Source: Phycisphaera mikurensis NBRC 102666 (GTDB lineage Bacteria; Planctomycetota; Phycisphaerae; Phycisphaerales; Phycisphaeraceae). Taken from it: a stretch of DNA of 32,000 nucleotides. Within the stretch, counting starts at the first letter, position 1; the number at the start of each line of letters is the position of its first letter. Where the stretch lies: the NCBI RefSeq assembly GCF_000284115.1, contig NC_017080.1:2370001-2402000 (forward strand), read 5' to 3'. Below the pieces are notes generated by a model. That model worked only from the letters and a program-made list of their open reading frames with translations, was not told the origin of the DNA and searched no databases. Position numbers and translations under genes: made by a program. This document shows positions 19,544-28,338 of this stretch, one piece after another.

Positions 19544-20616
19544 GCCTGCCCCGCCGCCCCGCCGCCGACCGCCGCCGCCGCCGCGCCTTCACCCTCACCG
19601 AGGTGCTGATCGCGCTGGGGATCCTCGCCATCGGCCTGGTCTCGGTCGCCTCGCTCTTCCCCGCCGGCCTGCTGATGCAGAAAGAGGCCGTCGACGCCAC
19701 GCTCCGGCAGAGCCACATCCGCTCGATGGACGCGATCCTCACCGGGATGAACCTCGACAACGGGGTGTTGCTCCGCTTCACGGAACTGGTGGAGAGCGGC
19801 GGGTCGGCTGCTGCGGCTTCGCGTTCGGCCGCGGGCGTGAAGGATCCAATCTTCGACGTCTTCGCGGTCGCCGAAGTCGATAGCACGATCGACGGCAGTT
19901 CCAGCCCTCCCTCGGACGTCGCCAACACAACCGACGTCGATGGCGCGACGCCCAACGGCTCGATGACCGCGGCATCGGAGTACGAGGCTGAAGATTCTTA
20001 CCTCGCGAGCTTTCCGCTTGGCTCTCGCTGCTTGCCCACAGCCACGCCCCCAGCTCCTCCGCCGTCGCCGGTTCCAGCTGGCTACGACCCCAACTACGCC
20101 TTCCGCGAGGTCTACTGGGTGCCGCTGATCCGCCGCGGCCTGGAAGCCAGCGAGCTCTACGCCGATTGGTCCGTCTACGCCTTCGTGCTCCAGCCACCGG
20201 GTGACCTCCGCGACAGTGGCGGCTATGCCTTCGGCAGCTACCCGAGCTACTTCACCGACGAGGTCTGCGCCAACCCGTACGACCCTTCCTACTTCCCGAA
20301 GGTGTTCCGCCTCGAGGTGGAGAACGTGCCCGACGACGAGAGCGAAGCGGAATTCAAGGACCCCGCCATCCTCAACATGGCCGCCCACGTGAAGGTCGGC
20401 GACCCCGTGCTCGGCGACAACGGGACCATCTACACGATCACCCGCGTCTCCGGCCGCGTCGTCGGCCTCAACGCCGACCGCAACTACCTGCCGCTGAACC
20501 AGCGCGACCTGCGGGCGCTCTGGCTCGCCCCCACCCTCGACGGCGGCGACAACAGCCCCGTCGCGGAGGTCCGCTTGCTGAGCAACGCGGTCGTCCGCGT
20601 CAACAGCAGCCTCTGA
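19540..20616 (+). CDS. Pseudopilin (GspI-like)
   Basis: RRAFTLTEVLIALGILAIGLVSVASLFPAGLLMQKEAVDATLRQ; overlaps the previous stop (ATGA). Confidence 0.82.
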   Translation: MSLPRRPAADRRRRRAFTLTEVLIALGILAIGLVSVASLFPAGLLMQKEAVDATLRQSHIRSMDAILTGMNLDNGVLLRFTELVESGGSAAAASRSAAGVKDPIFDVFAVAEVDSTIDGSSSPPSDVANTTDVDGATPNGSMTAASEYEAEDSYLASFPLGSRCLPTATPPAPPPSPVPAGYDPNYAFREVYWVPLIRRGLEASELYADWSVYAFVLQPPGDLRDSGGYAFGSYPSYFTDEVCANPYDPSYFPKVFRLEVENVPDDESEAEFKDPAILNMAAHVKVGDPVLGDNGTIYTITRVSGRVVGLNADRNYLPLNQRDLRALWLAPTLDGGDNSPVAEVRLLSNAVVRVNSSL

Positions 20617-20633
20617 TCCCCCGGGAACCCGTC

Positions 20634-22532
20634 ATGCCTTCCGCACCTCTTCACCGCCGGGCCGCCGCTTTCACGCTCATCGAGCTGCTGGTCGCGATCT
20701 CGGTGCTGTCCCTGATGATCCTGCTCGCGAACCGCGTCTTCCTCGACGCCCGCAGGCTGGTGTCCCGCGGGATGGAGACCAGCCAAATCATCGCCTCCGA
20801 GCGAGCGATCTCCGATCCGCTCCTGAAGGACGCCCGGGCGATGCACGTCGCGGAGTCCGGCCAGGGCAACAACACGCCGGGGTTCCTGCTGATCGTGCAG
20901 GATCTGATCGTGCCAAGCGCAGCCGGACCGACGCCCTCGGGGATCCGCTTCCCTCCGCCAGAAGGAGATGTCGGCGGGGTAGAGGATTGGAGCCGCGATC
21001 AAGATGGTGACGGCAACCTCGACATTAACGACGCGGTGCGAAGCGATCAGCTTGTCTTCTTCAGGGATGCGAAGAATCTGGATTCGCTGACCCCAGGCGC
21101 TGACGGAACATCCGACTCCTTGGCGAGCGTGAAGACCGCACGGGTCTGGTACGGGCACACCAGCCCCAGGGTGACGGGTTCATCGCTTGATCCTGGCAGG
21201 CCCGGCAACGACATCGCCAACGACCTCGTCCTCGGCCGGCAAGCGTTGCTTCTCGTGGAGCAGACCGCAGCGACGAGCTACCCAGACGGCACTGCGGGAG
21301 ATGTCTCGCCTCAGCCTTCGCCGAACACCGACAACCGATTCGCTCAAGATCGTGGCACCACAACGGTCGATCAAGAGCTCTCCGAAGGAACGCACGACGT
21401 CTTCTCTCTGGCCGTGGGCTACGAGCCGCAGGCAGGATTCACCGTCACCACGTACGACGACGGCGGCGGAATCCCGTCAACGGGCCCAGCGCTCTTTCGC
21501 TCACCCGGCTGGCAGGACCCCGCTTCTCTGACCCCTCCAGGATCGCACAGCTACTTCGAGCGCTTCCTTGTGCGAAACAACGCTGGTCTGGCGACCGCCC
21601 CAGCCGCGAACCAGCCGGTTGGAGGCTTCGCATCCCCCAGCAGCTGGCCGGCGGATGCGCGGCTCCCCACGGCCGATTACGCGGCAGCCGCCTTGGAGTG
21701 GGCGTTCGCTCGCAACAATGCAGCAGACGGGAACCACCGACTTCAGACCGACGTCTCGCTTCGCGACGACTTCTCGGCAGGCATCTTCACACGCGACCAG
21801 ATCGCCTCGCTGCACGCGGCGTTCTTGCCCCACGTCGCTGATTTTGCGGTTGACTTCGCAGCAGATTTCGTCGACGAACTAAGCATCGACGCGGCGACAG
21901 GCGTCACGACGGGTTCGGCAGCATCGCCGGATCCTGATGGCCTGCCCGACCTTGAGCCCGATCGAGATCTCAGCGGGAACATCAAGTGGTACACCGGCAC
22001 GTACCCGAACCCCGACGAGAACAGCTACCCAGGCGGGGTACGCACCGCTGGCGCCGATGGCCTTGGCGACGTCCGGCTGGATCGACCAGTGACCTGGCCC
22101 GTCCCTGACCTCCCCCCCGCGCTGCGCCCGCAGGACCTCGGCACGCCTGCCGTGCAGATCAGCGCTCCTGCAGGCATCTCAACCTTCGATGGCTCGGGAT
22201 CCGGCACTCTCAGCGGGAACCCCTTTCTGTACGTGATTCCGCCGTTTTCGACGCTGCTCAGCGACTTCTTGCCGCCCACAAACTGGCCGCGAGTCGTTTT
22301 CATCTTTGCCCACAGCGGCGACGACCCCGAGACCGACGCAAGCACACACAGCTCCAGCGAAAACGTCATCGAGGGCAGCGGCAAGTACTGGCCGTACCTC
22401 CTCCGCGTCCGCTACCGCCTGATGGACGGACGCGGCAAGTACCGCTCGATCGATCCCGTCTCCGGCGAGCCTGTCGTGGGCCGCTGGTTCGAGCAGATCA
22501 TCCCCGTGCCGCGCCCCACCGGCACCTTCTGA
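20634..22532 (+). CDS. Large pseudopilin (GspJ-like N-terminus), 632 aa
   Basis: AAAFTLIELLVAISVLSLMILLANRVFLDARRLVSRGME prepilin motif. Confidence 0.8.
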   Translation: MPSAPLHRRAAAFTLIELLVAISVLSLMILLANRVFLDARRLVSRGMETSQIIASERAISDPLLKDARAMHVAESGQGNNTPGFLLIVQDLIVPSAAGPTPSGIRFPPPEGDVGGVEDWSRDQDGDGNLDINDAVRSDQLVFFRDAKNLDSLTPGADGTSDSLASVKTARVWYGHTSPRVTGSSLDPGRPGNDIANDLVLGRQALLLVEQTAATSYPDGTAGDVSPQPSPNTDNRFAQDRGTTTVDQELSEGTHDVFSLAVGYEPQAGFTVTTYDDGGGIPSTGPALFRSPGWQDPASLTPPGSHSYFERFLVRNNAGLATAPAANQPVGGFASPSSWPADARLPTADYAAAALEWAFARNNAADGNHRLQTDVSLRDDFSAGIFTRDQIASLHAAFLPHVADFAVDFAADFVDELSIDAATGVTTGSAASPDPDGLPDLEPDRDLSGNIKWYTGTYPNPDENSYPGGVRTAGADGLGDVRLDRPVTWPVPDLPPALRPQDLGTPAVQISAPAGISTFDGSGSGTLSGNPFLYVIPPFSTLLSDFLPPTNWPRVVFIFAHSGDDPETDASTHSSSENVIEGSGKYWPYLLRVRYRLMDGRGKYRSIDPVSGEPVVGRWFEQIIPVPRPTGTF

Positions 22533-22544
22533 AGCGAGTTTCTC

Positions 22545-25500
22545 ATGAACCCCTCCTTCACCCCCACCGCATCCCGCACGCCGCGAGCCCGGACCGCCGG
22601 CCGCCGCGGCTCCGCCCTGCTGCTCGCCGTCATCATCGTCGTCCTCATGACGATGATGGGCGCCGCGTACCTCCAGGTCGCCCGCACCGACCGGCGCACC
22701 AGCGTCGACGTCGACACCCGGGCCGACGTCGACAACAGCTCGATCCTCCGCTACATCGCCCTCGAGCTCGCGGGCGACGTGCCCGTGGAGGTCGGCGCGA
22801 CCGAGCCCGAGCCTTACGACTTCCCGTGGACGCGCAGCGTCGCGCCGGCCTCCCTGCCCGCGAACGACCGCTGGGTGGTGCTGGATCGCTTCGCGCCGAC
22901 CACGGTGCCGGGCCCGCAGCCGGACTTCAACTCCGAGAACAACAACCAGCCGGCGCGCCCGCCGCGGGCGGACGGGAACCTGAACGACGCCGCGGGCAAC
23001 CTCTACGCCGTGTCCGGCCCCGGCGACGACACCTGGCTCGCATCCACCGAGCCGGTGTTCACCGGCCCCAACGCCGGCAGCTGGCCGCACCTCACGAACC
23101 TGATGGGGATCTACCTGGACCTCCAGCCGGGTTCGCTCATCACCGACGCCGACGGCAACATCTACCCGCGGCAGTACCTGTCCACCGCCGACGACCTTAA
23201 CAACAGCGGCGACACCGGGGTCGACCTTGGTTTCATGCAGACTGACCTGCTCGCCGCGACGGGCGTCAACAAGGGTTCCCGCTTCGCCGACGCCGACGGC
23301 GACGGCATCGCCGACAGCCGCTGGACGTGGGCGCCGCTGCCCTCCGACGGCGGGCTGGCGTACGTCATGGCCGTCCGCATCGTCGACAACTCGGCGCTGG
23401 TGAACCTCAACGCCTGGACTTCCCCGGGGCTGCCGAACACCGACGACGGCGCCCGCTGGAACTGGCCGGGCGAGCTGAGCCTGGAGCTGTCGACCGACGC
23501 GCTGATCGCCCGCGCCGGCGGCGGCGCCGGGCCGCACGGCTTCGACGGCCAGGTGCTCACCGACGGCACCGCGCGCGACATGGCCGGCAGCAACCGCGAG
23601 CAGCGCTACGAGAACTGGCTCACCACCACGAGCACCCGCGGCGGCAACCCCGGGAACCTCGGCGATTACGAGACCATCGGGCCCTACCTCGAGCGGGAGG
23701 CGACGCCGGCGGTGGCGGGCGGACCGGAGAACCTTGGCCCGATCACCGGCGACGACGAGAGCCTCCCCGTGCGTGTGGAGGAGGTCGAGCTCCGCTGGAA
23801 GAACGGCCTGGACCGCAGCGACGACGGGATCGTGCCCAACGCGGGCACCCCGCTGGAGGACCTGCGGACGGCGCTCTTCCGCGCCGGCAAGCCGGCCGCG
23901 GAAGCCGACTACGCCGACTCGGGGTACACCTCGCTGCAGGCCTTCTTCGAGAACGAGCCCCGCAAGCAGATGACCGTGGTCAGCGGCTCGAGCAACGCCG
24001 CCCGCCGCAACCTGAACACCGCCGACCTCGGCGAGATCGCCAGCGCGTTCACCGGCCCGCTGTCGTACGGCGGCGGCACGCCCCGCAAGCCCGCGCTCTT
24101 CGACGCCGCCGGCTGGGAAGACTACTTCGCCAGCGGCGACGCCAACGCCGACTTCAACGACGCGGCGGAGGCCTTCGGCAACCAGTTCGCGGCGCTGGTC
24201 GAGGACTTCAAGGACGACGACAGCCACTTTACGCTCGTCAACAACGCCTACGGCATGGAGCGGGTCCCGGTGATCTCCGAGGTCTGGTCGCAGGCCCGCT
24301 ACCAGGCCACCGACGTCACCGCCGACCCCGGCCCGCCCGCCGAGGACCTCGTCGACTGGACCTACCAGGACCACGCCGTCGTCATCGAGCTGGTGAACCC
24401 CTGGCCGGTGCCGACCGTGGTGACCGGCGTCGAGCTGGTGGTCGGCGACGAGAGCTGGGGCGAACTCGACGCGCTGCTGGCCAAGGACGTGATGGACGGG
24501 CACGAGATCGCGGTGATCCGCCGCCCCGACGCCCTCGCTGGTGCCGCCGGGCCCGCGCAAGCGCCGATCACCGCCGCCGGCGTCGACTCCGACCACGCCA
24601 AAACGCCCGCCCCCGACGACTTCCGGATCTCGCCGGCGGGCCCGCTGGAGGCCTTCGACATCACCCTCGTCGCGGAGGACAACGACGGCAACGAGGTGCC
24701 TTACCAGCGGCTCGCCGTCCTGAGCTTCCCCGAGGAGGTGCTCGACGAGCGCTTCGCCACCGGCGGCGTCACCCTCGGCGAGACCCGCTACCGCTTCGCC
24801 CGGCGCGTCGGCACCGCCAACGGCCTCAACGCGCTCGCGGCCCGCAGCGTGGACTTCAGCACCGAGGTCCCGACGCCGGTTCCCACGGGCACCGTCCCGC
24901 CGACGAACACCGTCTTCGTGCCCGCCGGCAACGCACCCGGCGACCAGTTCGGGACCGCGTCCAAGAGCGTGACCTCGGGCGCCACGGACGTCTCCGGCCC
25001 CCTCGCCGACCTCGACAACCGCGTCGCGGACGTGCCCGACCTCGACACCGCCGCGGCGCCGGGCCAGGAGCCCTGGACGATCGGCGACGTGGGCCGGCTG
25101 ACGCGGACCGGCGACATCCTCCGCCTCGTCTTCGTCGGCCCCCGGCCGACGACCGGCGACGTGGAGCCCATCGCGGAGGCCTGGATCCGCTCGCGGCTCG
25201 CGGCGGGGAGCTCCTCCACCGCGCTCCAGCTGGCCGACCGCATGATCGACCTCGCCGGCACCGAGTTCGTCGCGGCGGGCGCCGACGCGCCCGACAGCAT
25301 CAACTTCGCCGCGTCCTGGCTGCAGCGCTTCACCACCGACGTGCCCGCGAGGACGTCCCTGGTCCCCGGGCGGATCAACCTCAACACCGCCCCCGAGCGG
25401 GTGATCGCCTCGGCCCTGCCGATGCCCGGCGCGGCCGAGCGGGACGCCATCGCCGCCCGCGTCGTCGCGGCCCGGGAGAACCCCTCGGTGCTCGGCGCCA

Positions 25501-25919
25501 CGACCAACCGCAGCGGCCGCATCGGCCTCTCCGCGACCGGCGAGCTCGCCGGCGACGCCGGCGTCTTCCTGAACGCCACGACGAACAACGCCCAGCTCGC
25601 GGACTTCAACGAGGCGGAGCTCGAACCGCTCGCCGGCGCGTGGCAGAACGCCGGCCTCGACCGGGGCGACCCCGCGGACGACGGCTACCTGCAGGACCGC
25701 GAGGAGCGGGACCGCCTGATGAACTACCTCAACCAGGTGGCCTCGACGCGGTCGGACATCTTCACGGCCTACGTGCTGGTGCGTGCCTACCCGGTGGCGG
25801 ACTTCTCGGCGGCCCCCGTCGACGAGTACCGCCTCCTGGCGGTCTTCGATCGCTCGACCGTCAGCGGCAGCAACCCGCTGGCCCGCCTGCTGGGCGTGGT
25901 AAAGCTCGACGACGACTGA
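22545..25919 (+). CDS. Very large GspK/PilX-like minor pseudopilin candidate, 1124 aa
   Basis: RRGSALLLAVIIVVLMTMMGAAYLQVARTDRRTSVDVD N-terminus; C-terminal RINLNTAPERVIASALP helix-hairpin-helix-like motif typical of GspK; last in the pseudopilin cluster. Confidence 0.78.
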   Translation: MNPSFTPTASRTPRARTAGRRGSALLLAVIIVVLMTMMGAAYLQVARTDRRTSVDVDTRADVDNSSILRYIALELAGDVPVEVGATEPEPYDFPWTRSVAPASLPANDRWVVLDRFAPTTVPGPQPDFNSENNNQPARPPRADGNLNDAAGNLYAVSGPGDDTWLASTEPVFTGPNAGSWPHLTNLMGIYLDLQPGSLITDADGNIYPRQYLSTADDLNNSGDTGVDLGFMQTDLLAATGVNKGSRFADADGDGIADSRWTWAPLPSDGGLAYVMAVRIVDNSALVNLNAWTSPGLPNTDDGARWNWPGELSLELSTDALIARAGGGAGPHGFDGQVLTDGTARDMAGSNREQRYENWLTTTSTRGGNPGNLGDYETIGPYLEREATPAVAGGPENLGPITGDDESLPVRVEEVELRWKNGLDRSDDGIVPNAGTPLEDLRTALFRAGKPAAEADYADSGYTSLQAFFENEPRKQMTVVSGSSNAARRNLNTADLGEIASAFTGPLSYGGGTPRKPALFDAAGWEDYFASGDANADFNDAAEAFGNQFAALVEDFKDDDSHFTLVNNAYGMERVPVISEVWSQARYQATDVTADPGPPAEDLVDWTYQDHAVVIELVNPWPVPTVVTGVELVVGDESWGELDALLAKDVMDGHEIAVIRRPDALAGAAGPAQAPITAAGVDSDHAKTPAPDDFRISPAGPLEAFDITLVAEDNDGNEVPYQRLAVLSFPEEVLDERFATGGVTLGETRYRFARRVGTANGLNALAARSVDFSTEVPTPVPTGTVPPTNTVFVPAGNAPGDQFGTASKSVTSGATDVSGPLADLDNRVADVPDLDTAAAPGQEPWTIGDVGRLTRTGDILRLVFVGPRPTTGDVEPIAEAWIRSRLAAGSSSTALQLADRMIDLAGTEFVAAGADAPDSINFAASWLQRFTTDVPARTSLVPGRINLNTAPERVIASALPMPGAAERDAIAARVVAARENPSVLGATTNRSGRIGLSATGELAGDAGVFLNATTNNAQLADFNEAELEPLAGAWQNAGLDRGDPADDGYLQDREERDRLMNYLNQVASTRSDIFTAYVLVRAYPVADFSAAPVDEYRLLAVFDRSTVSGSNPLARLLGVVKLDDD

Positions 25920-25984
25920 GCCCATGCTCCCCCGTGGCCGCCGAGCGACGCGACCCAGCGGGAGCGGCGCTCTAGCTTCGCGGC

Positions 25985-26407
25985 ATGACGATCTTCGAAC
26001 GCATCATCACGGGCGAGCTGTCCTGTCACCGGCTCCACGAGGACGAGGAAACCTTCGCCTTCCTCGACAACGGTCCGATCGTGGAGGGGCACGCTCTGCT
26101 GATCCCCAGAACCCCGGCGGCGACGCTGGACGAGCTGAGCCCCGAGGCGGGGGCGAGACTCGGGAGCGTGCTGCCGCGGCTGGCGCGGGCGCTCAAGGAG
26201 GCGACCGGCTGCGGGGGGATGAACGTCCTGCTCAACAGCGGCGCCGAGGCCGGGCAGGAGGTGCCGCACCTGCACTTCCACCTGATCCCGCGGCGGGCGG
26301 GCGACGGCGACCACGGCGGGCCGATGCGGCGCTGGAGGCCGGGCTCGCTGGACCACGAGAGAGCAACGCTGCTCGCGACGAGAGTGCGCGAGGCGATGCA
26401 GGCGTAG
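25985..26407 (+). CDS. HIT family (histidine triad) protein
   Basis: TIFERIITGELSCHRLHEDEETFAFLDNGPIVEGHALLIPR ... QEVPHLHFHLIPRR. Confidence 0.95.
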   Translation: MTIFERIITGELSCHRLHEDEETFAFLDNGPIVEGHALLIPRTPAATLDELSPEAGARLGSVLPRLARALKEATGCGGMNVLLNSGAEAGQEVPHLHFHLIPRRAGDGDHGGPMRRWRPGSLDHERATLLATRVREAMQA

Positions 26408-26431
26408 ATCCGAACCACCGCCCGGACGTGC

Positions 26432-26446
26432 CGCCGCGGGCGGCAG
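26432..26446. terminator. Hairpin GCCGCC-GCG-GGCGGC between the convergent HIT and mobA genes
   Basis: 6-bp stem with 3-nt loop located between two convergent stops. Confidence 0.35.
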
Positions 26447-26513
26447 CGTTGCGGGTTGACAACGCGTGCGGGTCGTTGGACCTCGGCGCACCGCGTCGCG
26501 CGATGGCGCTCGC

Positions 26514-27101
26514 CTAAGCCGGATCGGCGTGGTTGCCGCGGGCGGCGGCGTCGGCGAGACCGGCGGGCGCCGGCGTCTCGACCACGCCGACGCCGGCCAG
26601 CCGCCGCTGGAAGGAACGCTCGCCGCGCGCCAGCGCCGCCTCCAGGCCCGAGATCATCCGCGTGTGGTACTTCCCGGGCAGCGGCTGAAAGCGGCGCGGC
26701 GGGCCGGCCTCGCGGAAGACGCTCGCGTCGACGCCGTCGGGCTCGGGCAGCCGATCGACCACGGCGGGGTCGACGGCGACCGCGTCGCACGCGAGCAGGA
26801 GCAGCCAGCCGGGGCCGGCCTGCGCCTCGCGGTGCCGCAGGCCCGCGAGCAGGCCGGCCAGCGGGCCGGCCCCGGCATGCTCGGTCGGGTCGGTGATCGT
26901 CGGCAGGCCCCACGCGTCGAAGGCACCCGCCGCGCGAGCGACCGCGAAGGGTCGCGGATCCGCGGACCGTGCGATGAAACGCCGCGAAACGGCCACGGTC
27001 CGCGGGAGCCCGCCGCCGGCGTCGGCGAAGGCCTTGTCGCCGCCGAAGCGGCGGCTTCGGCCGCCGGCGAGCACGCAGATCCAGGAGGGCTCCGGCGTCA
27101 C
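26514..27101 (-). CDS. mobA: Molybdenum cofactor guanylyltransferase (MobA-like)
   Basis: WICVLAGGRSRRFGGDKAFADAGG N-terminal nucleotidyltransferase motif; GTG start overlapping the moaC-mogA stop (GTGA). Confidence 0.85.
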   Translation of the reverse strand: MTPEPSWICVLAGGRSRRFGGDKAFADAGGGLPRTVAVSRRFIARSADPRPFAVARAAGAFDAWGLPTITDPTEHAGAGPLAGLLAGLRHREAQAGPGWLLLLACDAVAVDPAVVDRLPEPDGVDASVFREAGPPRRFQPLPGKYHTRMISGLEAALARGERSFQRRLAGVGVVETPAPAGLADAAARGNHADPA

Positions 27102-28150
27102 ACCCGGCCGTGCCCGGGGTGGGACGCGGCGGCGGCCGGCCCCTGGAGCGTCGCGATCGCGTGGGGCAGCACGTCGGCGAGCGCCTCCAGCGTCTCCACC
27201 GCGCCCTTGGGCGAGCCGGGCAGGTTCACGACGAGCGTCGGACCGGCCACGCCCGCGATCCCACGGGAGAGCACCGCCAGCGGGAAGGAGGCGCAGCAGC
27301 GGGCCCGCGCCAGCTCCATCAGCGCCGGCGCCGGCCGATCGACGACGGCGGCGGTGGCCTCGGGCGTGAGGTCCCGCGCCGCCAGGCCCGTGCCGCCGGT
27401 GGTCAGCAGCAGGTCCGGCTCCTCCGCGAGCAGGTCACGCAGCGCCCGCTCGACCGCCTCCCGCCCGTCCGCGGTCGACGCCGTCCGCACCACCGCCCCG
27501 GCCCCGAGCATCCGCTCGGCCGCCGACGCGACCGCCGGGCCGCCGAGGTCCTCCCGCTCGCCCGCCGCCACGCCGTCGCTCACGGTCAGCACCGCGACCT
27601 CGGCCGATGCCGAGCCGGACCCGCGGACCGTTGCCGCCTCCGCCGCTTCCGGCTCGCGTTCCGCGGTGCCGAAGTCGCCGCTGCGCCCGCCGGACTTCGC
27701 GAGCAGCCGCACCTCCTGGATCCGGCAGTCCCGCTCGATCGCCTTGCCCATGTCGATCACGGTGAGCGCCGCCGCCGTCGCGCAGGTGAACGCCTCCATC
27801 TCCACGCCCGTCTTCCAGACCGTCGTCACCGTCGCCTCGATGCCCACCTCGCCGGCGGGCTCGTCGAGAGCGAGCGTGACCTCCACGCCGTCGATCGGCA
27901 GCGGGTGGCACAGCGGGATGAGGTCGGCCGTCCGCTTCGCCGCCGCGATGCCGGCGAGCTGCGCGGTGCCCAGCACGTCGCCCTTGCTCACCTCGTTCGC
28001 GGAGATCGCGCGGGCGAGGGCGGGACCCACCGCGACCACCGCCCGCACCGTGGCGGAGCGTGGCGTGAGCGGCTTGCCGCCCGCGTCCACCATGCGGACG
28101 CCGCCGGGACCGGTGTGGGTGAAGCCTCGCTCTTGGTCGGTCTCCGGCAT
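27098..28150 (-). CDS. Bifunctional molybdenum cofactor biosynthesis protein: MoaC domain fused to MogA/MoaB domain
   Basis: N-terminal half: VGPALARAISANEVSKGDVLGTAQLAGIAAAKRTADLIPLCHPLPIDGVEV...VWKTGVEMEAFTCATAAALTVIDMGKA. C-terminal half: VAVLTVSDGVAAGEREDLGGP..LLTTGGTGLAARDLTPEAT..NLPGSPKGAVETL. Confidence 0.95.
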   Translation of the reverse strand: MPETDQERGFTHTGPGGVRMVDAGGKPLTPRSATVRAVVAVGPALARAISANEVSKGDVLGTAQLAGIAAAKRTADLIPLCHPLPIDGVEVTLALDEPAGEVGIEATVTTVWKTGVEMEAFTCATAAALTVIDMGKAIERDCRIQEVRLLAKSGGRSGDFGTAEREPEAAEAATVRGSGSASAEVAVLTVSDGVAAGEREDLGGPAVASAAERMLGAGAVVRTASTADGREAVERALRDLLAEEPDLLLTTGGTGLAARDLTPEATAAVVDRPAPALMELARARCCASFPLAVLSRGIAGVAGPTLVVNLPGSPKGAVETLEALADVLPHAIATLQGPAAAASHPGHGRV

Positions 28151-28205
28151 CTCTCCAAGCTACGCAGGCACGGCGAGGGGTGGCGGCTAAACGACCGAAT
28201 CAATT

Positions 28206-28228
28206 CCAGCCCCAGCCCCAGCCCCAGC
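28206..28228. repeat. Short tandem repeat (CCAGCC)x3.8, G-rich on the minus strand, in the moaC-mogA leader
   Basis: Direct reading; the minus strand gives GGGGCTGGGGCTGGGGCTGG. Confidence 0.85.
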
Positions 28229-28314
28229 GGTGCACCCTCGAGGTCGGATGCCCGAGCATGCCCTCCGCCGCTGCGAGGCGACGCGGCAGCAGAGCCGGCA
28301 GCCTGTGCGCGCCG

Positions 28315-28329
28315 GCGGGCGCAGCCCGC
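28315..28329 (-). terminator. Hairpin GCGGGC-GCA-GCCCGC 10 nt after the porin gene stop
   Basis: 6-bp perfect stem, 3-nt loop, just 3' of the porin CDS. Confidence 0.4.
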
Positions 28330-28338
28330 GGAGCGAAA

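Noticed and set aside
22179-25925. 1248-aa minus-strand ORF and 882-aa 23327..25975 plus-strand ORF
   Set aside because: Shadow ORFs overlapping the GspK-like gene, with compositionally biased sequences and no recognisable motifs.
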